A program made the position numbers and the translations under genes. The notes under the pieces are model-generated. The model searched no databases. It saw nothing but the letters and a program-made list of their open reading frames with translations, and was not told the origin of the DNA. Shown here one piece after another: positions 20,415 to 30,444 of a stretch of DNA of 64,000 nt. Numbering within the stretch: the first letter of the stretch is position 1; each line of letters opens with the position of its first letter. Origin of the DNA: Terriglobia bacterium (GTDB lineage Bacteria > Acidobacteriota > Terriglobia > 20CM-2-55-15); NCBI GenBank assembly GCA_965198225.1, contig CBDAOY010000004.1, positions 224,001 to 288,000 on the forward strand, given 5' to 3'.

Positions 20415-22460
20415 TCACGGTAGCGTGAGCGCCACGATCGAGCTCGGATAATTCGCCCCACCAATCTGCACCACAACGTACTGTTTGCCCTCGTGCAGGT
20501 AGGTCATCATGCCGTACTGGGCGCGGGTCGGAAGATCGACTGTTCCCAGCAACTCGCCCGTCCGCTTGTTCCTGGCATTGAGCACCGGCTGGTTCCCGGC
20601 GACCTCGGCTGTGAGGAGCAAGCTGCCCGTGACCATCAGGATGGCCTGCCCACCTCCGCCGGTGTTGGGGAGGTCCACCCCCGCCAGGGCGGGATGGTTC
20701 TTGATCTCATCCGGCGTTTCCCCGATGGGGACCCAGAAGAGACGCTCGCCCGTGTTCATGTCGTAGGCGGAGGTCCGGTTGTAGGGGGGCTTGGTGATCG
20801 GAAGACCCTGGGGACCCGAAAAGCGCACGTTGGGGCCGGCCACCCAGTCCGCGATCGTTTTGCCGGTCGTGAAGGGGTCGTCCGGGTTGTCCGCTTCGGC
20901 GCCGGGCCGAACCATGCCGCCGCTGCACCGTCGCCGGTGCGACACGTACATGATCCCCGCGGTCGGGTCCATCGCCGCTGGATGCGTGATGTTCAACCCG
21001 CCGGCGCAGGTGATGTTCGGCTTACCGTCATAGCCCACATGGACCCGCGGCATGTAGGGACCGCCCATCTCGAACTCATCCATGATCTCCATGGCCTCAC
21101 GCTTCAGCTCGGGCGTGAAGTCGATCACACTGTCCTCGGAGATCCCGAGTGGCTCGAAAGGCACCGGTTTCGTCGGGAAGGGTTGGGTCGGTGACGTCCA
21201 ACTGCCCGGGACCACCGATTCCGGCACCGGGCGCTCCTCGATCGGCCACACCGGCTCTCCCGTTTCCCGGTTGAACGTAAAAATCATCCCTTGTTTCGTG
21301 GTCTGAACCACCGCCGGGATCTGCTCCCCGTCTACGGTAAGGTCCACCAGCATCGGCACGTTGGGAAGATCGTAGTTCCATTGGTCGTTGTGAACCGTCT
21401 GGAAATGCCACTCCCGCTCTCCGGTATGGACGTTCAGCGCGATGATGCTCGTGCCGAACAGGTTGGCCCCAGGGCGGAATCCGCCGAAAAAGTCGATGGT
21501 CGGCGGGTTGGTCGGGATGTAGACGATGCCGCGCTCGTCGTCGCCGGAAAGGGGGGCCCACGAGGAGACGTCTCCCGTGTACTCCCAGGCATCGTTCAAC
21601 CACGTCTCGTGGCCGACCTCGCCGGGCCGGGGTATGACGTGGAACTTCCACATGTGCTCGCCGGTCCGGGCGTCATAGGCCAGGATGTCGTTGGGGATCA
21701 TCTCGGTGCGTGTCTGGTAGTAGCCCTGCTCGGCCGAGCTCCCCACGACCACAACCCCATCGACCACGATCGGCGGCGAGGAGCTGGTGAGGTACCCCAG
21801 CTCGACGGGAATCCCGAAGTCCACGTCATAGGGGCGGCCGTAGTTCTCGTAGGGCCCCCAACCCGGCAGAAGGTCGGCCAGCAGGTCCACCACACCGGTT
21901 TCGGGAAAACCTTCCAGCGGAACGGGTTTGCCCCAGTTCTCCACATGCTCACCTGTTTTCGCGTCGATGGCATGGAGGAAGAACGCGGGAGTGATGATGT
22001 AAATCACACCACGCCCGTTCAGTTCGCCGTAGCCGACTCCCTTCCCGTAGCCCGCACGCATCGACCGTTCCCACCGTGTCGTGTGAGGCTCGCGGTAGGT
22101 CCAGAGTGTTTCTCCCGTAGCGGGGTCCATCGCCACGACCGTACGGCGCTTTCCGGCTACCGTATAAAGGATGCCGTCGATGTAGCTGGGGGTCGAGCGG
22201 GACGTGATCTCCGGGATCGGGCCGAAATTGTCGCCCCGCCAGAGCCATGCAACCTCGAGGTCCTCGAAGTTCTCGCCGTTGATCTGGTCGACGGGCGAGA
22301 AGCGGGTGCCCCAGGCGTCCGCACTCTGGTAACGCCATTCCCCGTAGGGATTGCCTCGTTCCTGGGCCAGCGCCACAGTCGGTATGGCTAAGAGGACGAC
22401 CAGCGCCAGGATGACGCCGAGGCTGGGCCGTCGTCGAAGGCGCGTCGGGTTTGCTTTCAT
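20415..22460 (-). CDS. PQQ-dependent dehydrogenase (glucose/quinate family)
   Basis: RFSPVDQIN...LEVAW, WHFQTVHNDQWNYD, WPIEERPVP, SPTQPFPTKP, MTYLHEGKQY; ATG 22460 with GGAGG RBS. Confidence 0.9.
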   Translation of the reverse strand: MKANPTRLRRRPSLGVILALVVLLAIPTVALAQERGNPYGEWRYQSADAWGTRFSPVDQINGENFEDLEVAWLWRGDNFGPIPEITSRSTPSYIDGILYTVAGKRRTVVAMDPATGETLWTYREPHTTRWERSMRAGYGKGVGYGELNGRGVIYIITPAFFLHAIDAKTGEHVENWGKPVPLEGFPETGVVDLLADLLPGWGPYENYGRPYDVDFGIPVELGYLTSSSPPIVVDGVVVVGSSAEQGYYQTRTEMIPNDILAYDARTGEHMWKFHVIPRPGEVGHETWLNDAWEYTGDVSSWAPLSGDDERGIVYIPTNPPTIDFFGGFRPGANLFGTSIIALNVHTGEREWHFQTVHNDQWNYDLPNVPMLVDLTVDGEQIPAVVQTTKQGMIFTFNRETGEPVWPIEERPVPESVVPGSWTSPTQPFPTKPVPFEPLGISEDSVIDFTPELKREAMEIMDEFEMGGPYMPRVHVGYDGKPNITCAGGLNITHPAAMDPTAGIMYVSHRRRCSGGMVRPGAEADNPDDPFTTGKTIADWVAGPNVRFSGPQGLPITKPPYNRTSAYDMNTGERLFWVPIGETPDEIKNHPALAGVDLPNTGGGGQAILMVTGSLLLTAEVAGNQPVLNARNKRTGELLGTVDLPTRAQYGMMTYLHEGKQYVVVQIGGANYPSSIVALTLP

Positions 22461-22623
22461 TTTGTTCCTCCCGGAGTTGGAAACATTCGTGCCGGATTCC
22501 ATCGTTTTGGTTGTATCTCCGGCGAACAAAAAAGATGGGCAAAGTCTATAAGAACTAAGCGGTTGGACGCAAACAAACTCTCGACCGCCGACAACGGTCC
22601 GTGTCGGGAGGCGAGAGGCGGTT

Positions 22624-22788
22624 GTTTCAGGAACTGAAGCATGCACACGATTGGTGCTTCATAAATCCGTTCACAGGCCACTAGCGACCTGTAACAGTGC
22701 TATCGGTACCAGCGTTCGGTTTCAGGAACTGAAGCATGCACACGATTGGTGCTTCATAAATCCGTGCCGATCTGTTACAGGCCACTAG
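22624..22788. mobile_element. CTAG-bounded MITE-like element with partial tandem copy
   Basis: CTAGCGACCTGTAACAG (22681) ... CTGTTACAGGCCACTAG (22788); 47-bp direct repeat 22624-22670/22719-22765. Confidence 0.65.
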
Positions 22789-23984
22789 TCCGCCAACCAT
22801 TTCCAGACTGGTTGGACTTTGATCGAGAGTTTTCCCCGCCTGAGGCGGTCGGTTTGTCCGAGCGTGAGGATCAGGCCGCGCCGCTTGCCCGGCAGGCGGC
22901 ACGCCTGGGCCACGCCTTCTGCTTCGCGCTCGAGGTTCGATGGAGTTAGCTCCAGGCAGACCTGGATGGCTTCGGAAGGGGTCACGAAGTCGCACTCCCA
23001 TCGATCCGTTTCGCCGGCGTAATACAGAGAGTGTCCGCGGCGGCGAAGAGCCAGGTAGACGAGGTTTTCCAGCCGCGCACCCTTGTCCGGACTGTGCTGG
23101 GGCGAGGTGGCCAGTCGCATCCCGTTGTCGATGGCGTAGTATTTCGAAGGCGTGATGATGCGCTGCTTGAAAGACGGGCTGAATTTGGCCAGGGCGTAGA
23201 AAGCATAGGCATCCTGGAGGTACTCGAGGTACCGCAACGTCTGCGATACGGAGGGAATGGCCAGGACTTTGGTCAGTCGCTGCGCGGAAAACGGCTGTCC
23301 GGTGTTGGCCAGGAGGAATAGAGCGAGATTCATCACGTGCCGTGTCTCCCGCAAGCGATGGCGCGTGGCGATGTCCCGGTGGATGATGTCGCCGAGCAGT
23401 TGCTGGAGGACCTGCGGATGCCGTTCGTGAAGAAAGGAAGGAAACCCACCGTCGTCAAGGTATGAGACGAGCGAGTCCCGGCTCGCCTTTCGGCGGGTGA
23501 ACTTCAAGTATTCCGTATAGCTGAACGGCAGAACTTCGAAGGAACGGTGCCGCCCGGTCAACTTGGAACCCAATTCCCGTCCCAGAAGCGAAGCGTTGGA
23601 ACCGGTCACACAAACAGGACGCCCACGGTCCAGGAGCGCCCGGACGAGGCGCTGCCATTCGGGAACCTCTTGAACCTCGTCAAGAAAGACGGCTTGCTTC
23701 CCCGGAGCAAGCTCGCCCACCAGCTCGATGAACGTGGGGAAATCTTCCGGCGAGAGGCCGAAGAGCCGTGTGTCTTCGAAGTTGCAGTAGAAGGCACGCT
23801 TGCGGCGGGCCATCAATTGGGATTGAAGCGTGCTCTTGCCGCCCCGGCGGACGCCGGTGAGGACCAGGGCCCGAAAGGATCGGCCAGGAATGGCGGAGAG
23901 CAGTTCCCGCTCGACTTCCGGTTTAAGCGGCGGAAGCGGCTTTTGATCCTTGAGAACGGCGACCAGTGTACTTCGTAATATCAC
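22785..23984 (-). CDS. AAA_14/DUF4143 ATP-binding protein
   Basis: GVRRGGKST, FLDEVQ, TGSN, LTGR, GGFP, KYYAID, LENLV motifs. Confidence 0.92.
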   Translation of the reverse strand: MILRSTLVAVLKDQKPLPPLKPEVERELLSAIPGRSFRALVLTGVRRGGKSTLQSQLMARRKRAFYCNFEDTRLFGLSPEDFPTFIELVGELAPGKQAVFLDEVQEVPEWQRLVRALLDRGRPVCVTGSNASLLGRELGSKLTGRHRSFEVLPFSYTEYLKFTRRKASRDSLVSYLDDGGFPSFLHERHPQVLQQLLGDIIHRDIATRHRLRETRHVMNLALFLLANTGQPFSAQRLTKVLAIPSVSQTLRYLEYLQDAYAFYALAKFSPSFKQRIITPSKYYAIDNGMRLATSPQHSPDKGARLENLVYLALRRRGHSLYYAGETDRWECDFVTPSEAIQVCLELTPSNLEREAEGVAQACRLPGKRRGLILTLGQTDRLRRGKLSIKVQPVWKWLAD

Positions 23985-24149
23985 AATAGTGTAATATCAT
24001 AAAATACACCTGGGGCGGGAGCTTTTTGCCGGGCTTTGCCTCTACCGAAATGCCTCCAACAAGCTGTCGCGCTCTACCGGATCCCCCCCCTTGAAGACCA
24101 TCCAGATCCGCACAGGAAATACGGGATCTCGATCTACTCCGCAGCTCGC

Positions 24150-24527
24150 GCCCCCCCCATAGTAGAGATACCTCTTCAGTTCTCGAGGGGGATGTTCGCT
24201 TCGGAATAGAACTCCCCCGACACATCGAGGCCTTCTGTGACGCCGACGTGACCGTGAAGATTGAAGAGTCCCGGCATCGCAAAGCGTCCCTCGCCCTCGA
24301 TGATCGTCGCGGAAGCTGGCACAACAACGTCGGAGCTGGGACCGAGGGCCTGTATCCTTCCATCGGCCAGGATGAGAGTCGCGTCAGCCAGCAGTTCACG
24401 TCCAGTACCGTCGATGACGTTGACTCCAAGGAGGGCAACGACCGGCTCGGGAAGCTGGGAAAGACCGGCCGTCATCAGTGCCAGCAGCCAGATCGAAACT
24501 GCTGACATTCTGTGTTTTCTTCCATGC
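24150..24527 (-). pseudogene. Truncated amidohydrolase N-terminal fragment
   Basis: VIDGTG...DGRIQALG...MPGLFNLHGHVG, frameshift into LKRYLYYG then loss of similarity at a G-run. Confidence 0.7.
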
Positions 24528-24742
24528 ATCTTGTCCATCCCCGAGTGTTTTGACAGGTGGCACCAAGCGGACCGATCCGCCAACGGTTTCCTTAGATGAG
24601 GTCGAGGATACGGAAGGAAAAGCTTCGAGGCAACGTTTGAACGTCACGCGCCACCCGCGGCCGAACTGCTAGACTTACGCCGCCGGATCGATCAGGATAT
24701 CGATCATACGGGTACCCATCCTTAACTGCGCCAGGAGGACAA

Positions 24743-25918
24743 ATGGACCAGAACCCATTCGGTCTGAACAGATCGACCCGAACCTTGCTTCTCGCCGCAT
24801 CCTGCGCCGCGGCGCTGGCTTTATCCGTGCCGGCGCACACGGCCGGCCAGGATACCGGCGCTTTCCGGCCCGATCACGTCATCGGGTCCCGGCCCGAGAC
24901 GGTGTCCTGGGGATGGTACCCGATCGACAAAGAGCCCGTGGCGAGGATCCAGTCCGGGCAGACCGTTCGCATCGACACGCTCACCCACGCGGGAGCCACG
25001 CAGAATCAGGAACCCGTGGAGTACCTCTCGGGGATGGGCGTCGGTCGAGAGGACATACTCCAGGACATGCTGGATTTCTGGGCCTCGAGGGAGGGCCGTC
25101 CGCGGGAGGGTCGCAGCGGACACGTTATCACGGGCCCGGTCTACATCGAGGACGCCGAACCGGGCGACATGCTCGAGATCCAGATCCTCGACATCGAAAC
25201 CCGCGTGCCCTGGGGGATCAACAACACGAGCTCACGGGGCGGTGTCTTCTCGACCAGCTACCCCGGATTTGACGAGGACGACGCGGCGTTGGACATACCG
25301 CCGGGTACGCGGCACCTGATTCGTACCGGCCGGATGGGGGGCCGCGAGGTTGCTTTCTTCGCGCCCGACATCGAAGTGCCGCTGGCGCCCTTCATGGGCA
25401 TCCTCGCGGTCGCGCCGGACCCCGTCGTCGGTCAGCCCGGCGTGACCCTGCCGGGCGTACAGGGGTCGCGGCCGCCGGGGGCCTTCGGCGGCAACCTGGA
25501 CGTCAAGGACCTGAAGGCCGGGACGACCCTCTACCTTCCGGTATTCCAGCCCGGCGCCCTCTTCTACACCGGCGACCCGCATAGTGTCCAGGGCGACGGC
25601 GAGGTGAGTGGCACTGCGATCGAGCAGTCACTGAGCGGGACATTCCGGTTCGTGGTGCACAAGGGGAAATCGATCTCAGGCCCTCGCGCTGAAGACGACA
25701 CGCATTACATGATCATGGGGATCGATCTCGATCTCGACCGGGCGATGCGGCACGCGACGTGGGAAGTCGTGGACTTTCTCGTCGAGGAGAAGGGGCTCAC
25801 CCCAGCCAAGGCGCTTTCGCTGGCGAGTATCGCGGTCGACTTTCGCGTGGGCGAAGTCGTCGACCTTACGCAGGTGGTCGTGGGCTATATCCCGAAGGAC
25901 ATATTCCTCGAGCAGTGA
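24743..25918 (+). CDS. Acetamidase/formamidase family protein with signal peptide
   Basis: GHVITGPVYIEDAEPGD, FGGNLD, GDPHSVQGDGEVSGTAIE. Confidence 0.92.
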   Translation: MDQNPFGLNRSTRTLLLAASCAAALALSVPAHTAGQDTGAFRPDHVIGSRPETVSWGWYPIDKEPVARIQSGQTVRIDTLTHAGATQNQEPVEYLSGMGVGREDILQDMLDFWASREGRPREGRSGHVITGPVYIEDAEPGDMLEIQILDIETRVPWGINNTSSRGGVFSTSYPGFDEDDAALDIPPGTRHLIRTGRMGGREVAFFAPDIEVPLAPFMGILAVAPDPVVGQPGVTLPGVQGSRPPGAFGGNLDVKDLKAGTTLYLPVFQPGALFYTGDPHSVQGDGEVSGTAIEQSLSGTFRFVVHKGKSISGPRAEDDTHYMIMGIDLDLDRAMRHATWEVVDFLVEEKGLTPAKALSLASIAVDFRVGEVVDLTQVVVGYIPKDIFLEQ

Positions 25919-25942
25919 GGCCACGCGCTGTTCGAACGACGA

Positions 25943-26410
25943 CTATCGGCCTGAGTCCAGCAGTGTGGGAGGAAACCGGAGTCGATATCTGGAACCGTCT
26001 GCCGGATTCTCGAAGAGGAAGACGCCGCCGATGGACGGCGCGTCGCTCTGTCCTCCCAGGAATGTAACCGATTCGGAGGAGACCGGACTCTCCACGACCT
26101 GTCCGGCGATCCGGGAGTTGTGCGTCCCCCGCACGAAGCGTGCCGGGGGACCGAGAACGAATTCCAGCGACAGCGTCATCCGGTCTTCGCCGTGCGTGAA
26201 AACGCCGTTTGCGCGAACGTCGGCGCCGTCCCTCTGTCCCGACATCGATTCAACGACCACCGGCCCGACTTCGACCCATTCGGAACCCTCGTACCTTTCC
26301 AGGCCGGGGCTGGTCGGCGCACAGCCGGATGCAAGCAGCGCCCATCCGAGTGCGCATCGGAAAACCAAAATGAATCGGGGGGTGCTCCATATTGTCATCA
26401 GGCCTTTCAT
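25943..26410 (-). CDS. Hypothetical lipoprotein
   Basis: LLASGC lipobox-like; fills gap. Confidence 0.6.
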   Translation of the reverse strand: MKGLMTIWSTPRFILVFRCALGWALLASGCAPTSPGLERYEGSEWVEVGPVVVESMSGQRDGADVRANGVFTHGEDRMTLSLEFVLGPPARFVRGTHNSRIAGQVVESPVSSESVTFLGGQSDAPSIGGVFLFENPADGSRYRLRFPPTLLDSGR

Positions 26411-26463
26411 TGCGCTGTTGTCAGCTCGGACAGAATCGCTTGCTCTTGGAGTCTATCTGAGAA

Positions 26464-27624
26464 ATGCCCGCTTTCGTGAGCTGTGACCTTCTCGTAATCG
26501 GCGCCGGACCGTACGGGGTCGCGACTGCCGCTTACGCGAAGAGCCGCGGACTGGATGTGATTGTTTGCGGCAAGTTCATGGAATTCTGGAAACGCAGTAT
26601 GCCGGACGGGTTGATCTTGCGCTCCGACGAAAAGTGGCATCTGGACGTCGAACAGATTCACACGTTCAGAAGGTTTTTAGAAGAAGCCGGTTACACGAAG
26701 GAGCAGATTACGCCCATCCCGGTTTCCGTGTTCCTGGAATATGCCGACTGGTTCAGGGATCGTAAGAAACTCGCGGTTCGCGACTGCTACGTAACCGAAT
26801 TGAGCGGGTCGGAAGGCGCATTCCAGGCAAAGACAGATGCCGGCCACGCAATCGGCGCTGACAGAGTCGTCGTTGCTCCCGGCTACCGTTGCTTTCGAAA
26901 GCTCCCAGACGATGTCGTAGAGCTTCTTCCAGAAGGTTCTTTCAAACACACGTCGGATCACAAGAATTTTGAAGAGCTGAGAGGCAAACGCTGCCTGATC
27001 ATCGGTGGTCGACAGAGTGCCTACGAGTCGGCGGCGCTGATTGCCGAACTTCCTGCCGAGAAAGTGTTCATCAGTCACCGGCACAAGATGCCGAAGTTCA
27101 TCCCCAGCGATTGGTCGGTGCTGGAGGAGATGGCCGAGAATACATCGAATGATCCTTCCTGGTGGCGAACGCTGGATCAGCACGCACGGGCTGAGATGGT
27201 CGGCCGTGCGATCGAAGCGGGTCGGCTCCGCTTGGAGCCCTGGTTGTGGCCGAGGCTCCAAAGATGGAAGGTTGAAGTCTTCGAAGAAACGACGCTCGAA
27301 AACGCAAGTCGGTCCTCCGACGGAATCCAGGTTCGCCTCAGCAACGGCAAGGAATTCGAGGTTGATGAGGTGGTTCTCGGGACGGGTTACGAGGTCGATG
27401 TTTCAAAGCTGGGGTTCCTTTCCCCTGAGCTGAAGGACGGGCTGAGGACTGAGAACGGCGTACCGTGTCTTGATGAAGGCATGCAGGCCGCGGGCGTGGA
27501 GGGTCTCTATCTTGTGGGGATGATTTCGGCGAAAGAATTCAGTCTGGTATTCGGTTTTACGAGAGGATGTCCCGTGGCGGCGCGAATCGTCGTCGATAGC
27601 GTTTGCGAATCGCTTGAAGTCTGA
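26464..27624 (+). CDS. FAD/NAD(P)-dependent oxidoreductase
   Basis: VIGAGPYG, WKRSMPDGLILRS, IIGGRQSAYE, GTGY. Confidence 0.88.
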   Translation: MPAFVSCDLLVIGAGPYGVATAAYAKSRGLDVIVCGKFMEFWKRSMPDGLILRSDEKWHLDVEQIHTFRRFLEEAGYTKEQITPIPVSVFLEYADWFRDRKKLAVRDCYVTELSGSEGAFQAKTDAGHAIGADRVVVAPGYRCFRKLPDDVVELLPEGSFKHTSDHKNFEELRGKRCLIIGGRQSAYESAALIAELPAEKVFISHRHKMPKFIPSDWSVLEEMAENTSNDPSWWRTLDQHARAEMVGRAIEAGRLRLEPWLWPRLQRWKVEVFEETTLENASRSSDGIQVRLSNGKEFEVDEVVLGTGYEVDVSKLGFLSPELKDGLRTENGVPCLDEGMQAAGVEGLYLVGMISAKEFSLVFGFTRGCPVAARIVVDSVCESLEV

Positions 27625-27651
27625 GTGGGATTCCGCACAACGCTCCGGGAA

Positions 27652-27854
27652 GTGTAGGTGCGGTCTATGACCGCACATTCTTCGAACCGAAACGATGTGC
27701 GCTCATACAAGCTGTGAGCGAATCACGGGAGCGAAAACTCGGGTGGTGGCGGGCTTTTCACGAAGAAACCGCGATCCCCAAGTGCAGGTGCGCCCTATGA
27801 GCGCACAAATGCTCGCGGAACCACGAGTTGTGCGGTCATAGACCGCACCTACAC
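27652..27854. repeat. Two REPIN-like elements (27652-27707 truncated; 27782-27854)
   Basis: Same REP consensus and conserved spacer ATTCTTCGAACCGAAACGAT. Confidence 0.85.
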
Positions 27855-28128
27855 CAGTGGCCTGTAACAGTGCTATCGGCACCATCGCCGATGGGTCTTG
27901 CGGGCGAGGTCGAGGAGGGAGACGGAAAGCGATGCTCATTCATCGGTGACGGCTTCCGACAAAGAGATCGCCCGCAACCCCCATCGGCCCGAAGGGTTCG
28001 GCGGAACGGCGCCGTCTTCGGTGTCGTAACACCCTCGCAATGAAACAGCATTGGCTCGGGCGTCACTCCTAGAATCCGACGCCGTTCCGCCGAACGCTGG
28101 TACCGATAGCACTGTTACAGGTCACTAG
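27854..28128. mobile_element. MITE-like element with ~30-bp terminal inverted repeats
   Basis: CCAGTGGCCTGTAACAGTGCTATCGGCACCA ... TGGTACCGATAGCACTGTTACAGGTCACTAG; right end nearly identical to 22681-22719 inverted. Confidence 0.72.
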
Positions 28129-28135
28129 GCCTCGG

Positions 28136-29401
28136 TCACCAGCTCACGCGAAGACCCGTCGTGGCAGCAACACCCGAGTAAGCCCCACCGTCGTCCGCGC
28201 GATCGTTCATGTCCCCGAACTGCACCCCGCCCTGGAGCTTCAGCTTGTGTCCGTAGAAGTAGTAGTTGATGCCCACGTACAGCTCGTTATAGCGATCGCC
28301 CCGCCCGCCGGTAAGCTTGTTCTCGTATCGTGCCAGCCGGACTCCGTTGGGGTTCTCACTGCGGAGGTAGGTGTGGCGGCCGACGACCTGAAGCTTGGCC
28401 GTGAGGTCGAAGAACGGCAAGATCATCGCGCCCCACAGGTCGCTCTGGCTCCCGTAGCCCGATGCCGCCGACACATCGGCTCGCACACCCCAACTGCCGT
28501 CTTCCAACTTGATGTTCACGGAAGTCACGTGCCGGTGCGGACGTGTAAACGTGTTGTCGGGATCCGGGTTCTGGTACACGTAGTTACCCGCCAGGAGTGC
28601 TTCGTCGACCTCCAGAGCCGCGCCGAAATCGTAACCCAGAACCGCAAGCGTGAACGCGCTTCCCGAGAACCTGCCAAACTCACGGTTTGCTGAACCCGCC
28701 GAATAGACGCCGGCGCGATAGGTCCAGTTCGACACCTCCCCGGAAACGCTGACGCCTGGCATGTACTCATTCGGAAACCACATGTTGTTAGCCAGGTTGC
28801 TGCGGTCGATCGTCAGAAGCTCCTTGGACGAGGTTGAACCCTCCGCGGTGAAGGGCACACTCTGCTTGCCCACCCTCAGCGCCAACGGTGCGCTCCTGCT
28901 CCATTCCAGATAGAAATCAGTAAGCCGCCTGTAAAAGGGATCGGTTTCCTGAGGGTTGAGCTCCGCCTCGGCGTGCAGGGTCAACTGGTGGAACAGCTCT
29001 GATTTCAAACCGATCCGCATGCGGCGGACGTTCCATTCATCGTGCGTGGCGTCCTCGTCATTGACCACCGCGTATTCGTATTGAAAGCGGCCGCTGAACA
29101 GCACACTCTGCACCACAGGGTGCTGTTCGTCGTCGTGCCACTCGGCGAACTTCCAGATGCGGTCGTAGGTGGATGCTTGTCCCTGCGCCGCGCCGGCGTC
29201 GAACGGCGTCAGCTCCGGCTGATCCCGAACCGACTCTTCCAGGTTCGCGATCCGCTTCTCCTGTCGGGCGAGCCGCTCTTCCGATGCCGTACCAGAAAAT
29301 GCAGGGTCTCCTGCGTTCTTCGCGTCGTCCGCGCGTCCCACGACGGAGAAGGAGATTGTCAGGACCGACACCACAACCATGCGCAAAGGTTGGATTCTCA
29401 C
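28136..29401 (-). CDS. OprO/OprP-like porin
   Basis: Signal peptide, coiled N-segment, VRRMRIG, GKQSVPF, GINYYFYGHKLKLQ, terminal Trp. Confidence 0.85.
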   Translation of the reverse strand: MRIQPLRMVVVSVLTISFSVVGRADDAKNAGDPAFSGTASEERLARQEKRIANLEESVRDQPELTPFDAGAAQGQASTYDRIWKFAEWHDDEQHPVVQSVLFSGRFQYEYAVVNDEDATHDEWNVRRMRIGLKSELFHQLTLHAEAELNPQETDPFYRRLTDFYLEWSRSAPLALRVGKQSVPFTAEGSTSSKELLTIDRSNLANNMWFPNEYMPGVSVSGEVSNWTYRAGVYSAGSANREFGRFSGSAFTLAVLGYDFGAALEVDEALLAGNYVYQNPDPDNTFTRPHRHVTSVNIKLEDGSWGVRADVSAASGYGSQSDLWGAMILPFFDLTAKLQVVGRHTYLRSENPNGVRLARYENKLTGGRGDRYNELYVGINYYFYGHKLKLQGGVQFGDMNDRADDGGAYSGVAATTGLRVSW

Positions 29402-29664
29402 TTTTCCTCCGGTTGTTCGGTTGAGTGCTCTCGACGAGCCGGGCCCCGGCCCAAACGCGTGACACTAAGTTTGTGCCACAGATCCAGAGACTCGCGTGAA
29501 CTTTCAGCGAAGCGAAGGTGCATTTTACGCAAACGTAGCGTTTAGGTCATCGACCTTAAACATCTTCATGGTTACGGGAAGAGCCAGGAAAGACTATTTC
29601 CGGAACGCGACGAAGTCGCCTCCGCTCGGGTTGACCGGCTGACCGCTGTCAGCTGATCGCCGAT

Positions 29665-30432
29665 TCAAACCCCGAGGATGTTGTAACCGCCGTCCACGTA
29701 GAGGACTTCGCCCGTCACACCGCGCGAGAGCGAGCTGGCGAGAAAAAGGGCCGTGTCGCCGACTTCGGATGTTTCGACCGGTTTGCGCAGGGGAGCTTTC
29801 TCGGCGTGCAGCCGGACCATCCCCGAGATGCCGGACACGGCCGAGGATGCCAGCGTCTTGATGGGGCCGGCCGATATGGCGTTGACCCGGATACCCTCCG
29901 GGCCGAAGTCGTTGGCCAGGTATCGGACCGACGCCTCCAGGGCCGCCTTGGCCACTCCCATGACGTTGTAGCCGGAGACAACCCGTTCGCTACCCAGGTA
30001 TGTCAGAGTGATGATGCTGCCATCCCGGTCTTTCATAAGCGGCGCCGCGCGCCGGGCGACCGCCACCAGGGAATAGGCGCTGACGTCGAGGGCGATCCGG
30101 AACCCTTCACGTGAGGTGTCGGCGTAGGAGCCGGTGAGTTCCTCGCGCGGAGCATACGCCAGGGCATGAACGACGAAATCGAGTCCTCCGACCTGCTCCC
30201 GGATGTCGGACATCAGACCCTCGATCTGTTCGTCGCTCCCGACATCACACTCGAGGAGAATCGGATCGGTCAGCTCCGGGGCGAGCTTCCGGACGTTTTC
30301 GCCCAACCGCTCACTCTGGTAGCTCAGGATGAGACGGGCTCCGGCGCCCTGGAGGGATTGGGCGATGCCCCACGCGATGCTGCGCTTGTTGGCCACGCCC
30401 ATGACCAGACCGGTCTTGCCTTCCAGCAGCAT
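29665..30432 (-). CDS. fabI: Enoyl-ACP reductase
   Basis: GVANKRSIAWGIA, YNVMGVAKAALE, RVNAISAGPIKTLA. Confidence 0.97.
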   Translation of the reverse strand: MLLEGKTGLVMGVANKRSIAWGIAQSLQGAGARLILSYQSERLGENVRKLAPELTDPILLECDVGSDEQIEGLMSDIREQVGGLDFVVHALAYAPREELTGSYADTSREGFRIALDVSAYSLVAVARRAAPLMKDRDGSIITLTYLGSERVVSGYNVMGVAKAALEASVRYLANDFGPEGIRVNAISAGPIKTLASSAVSGISGMVRLHAEKAPLRKPVETSEVGDTALFLASSLSRGVTGEVLYVDGGYNILGV

Positions 30433-30444
30433 TCGAGCCTTCGA

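Noticed and set aside
22461-22646. Upstream extension of the PQQ dehydrogenase ORF
   Set aside because: Starts inside the repeat element; RBS and signal peptide favour 22460
28136-29401. OprO/P-like porin as part of the polyP system
   Set aside because: 15 kb away, unlinked, substrate not inferable
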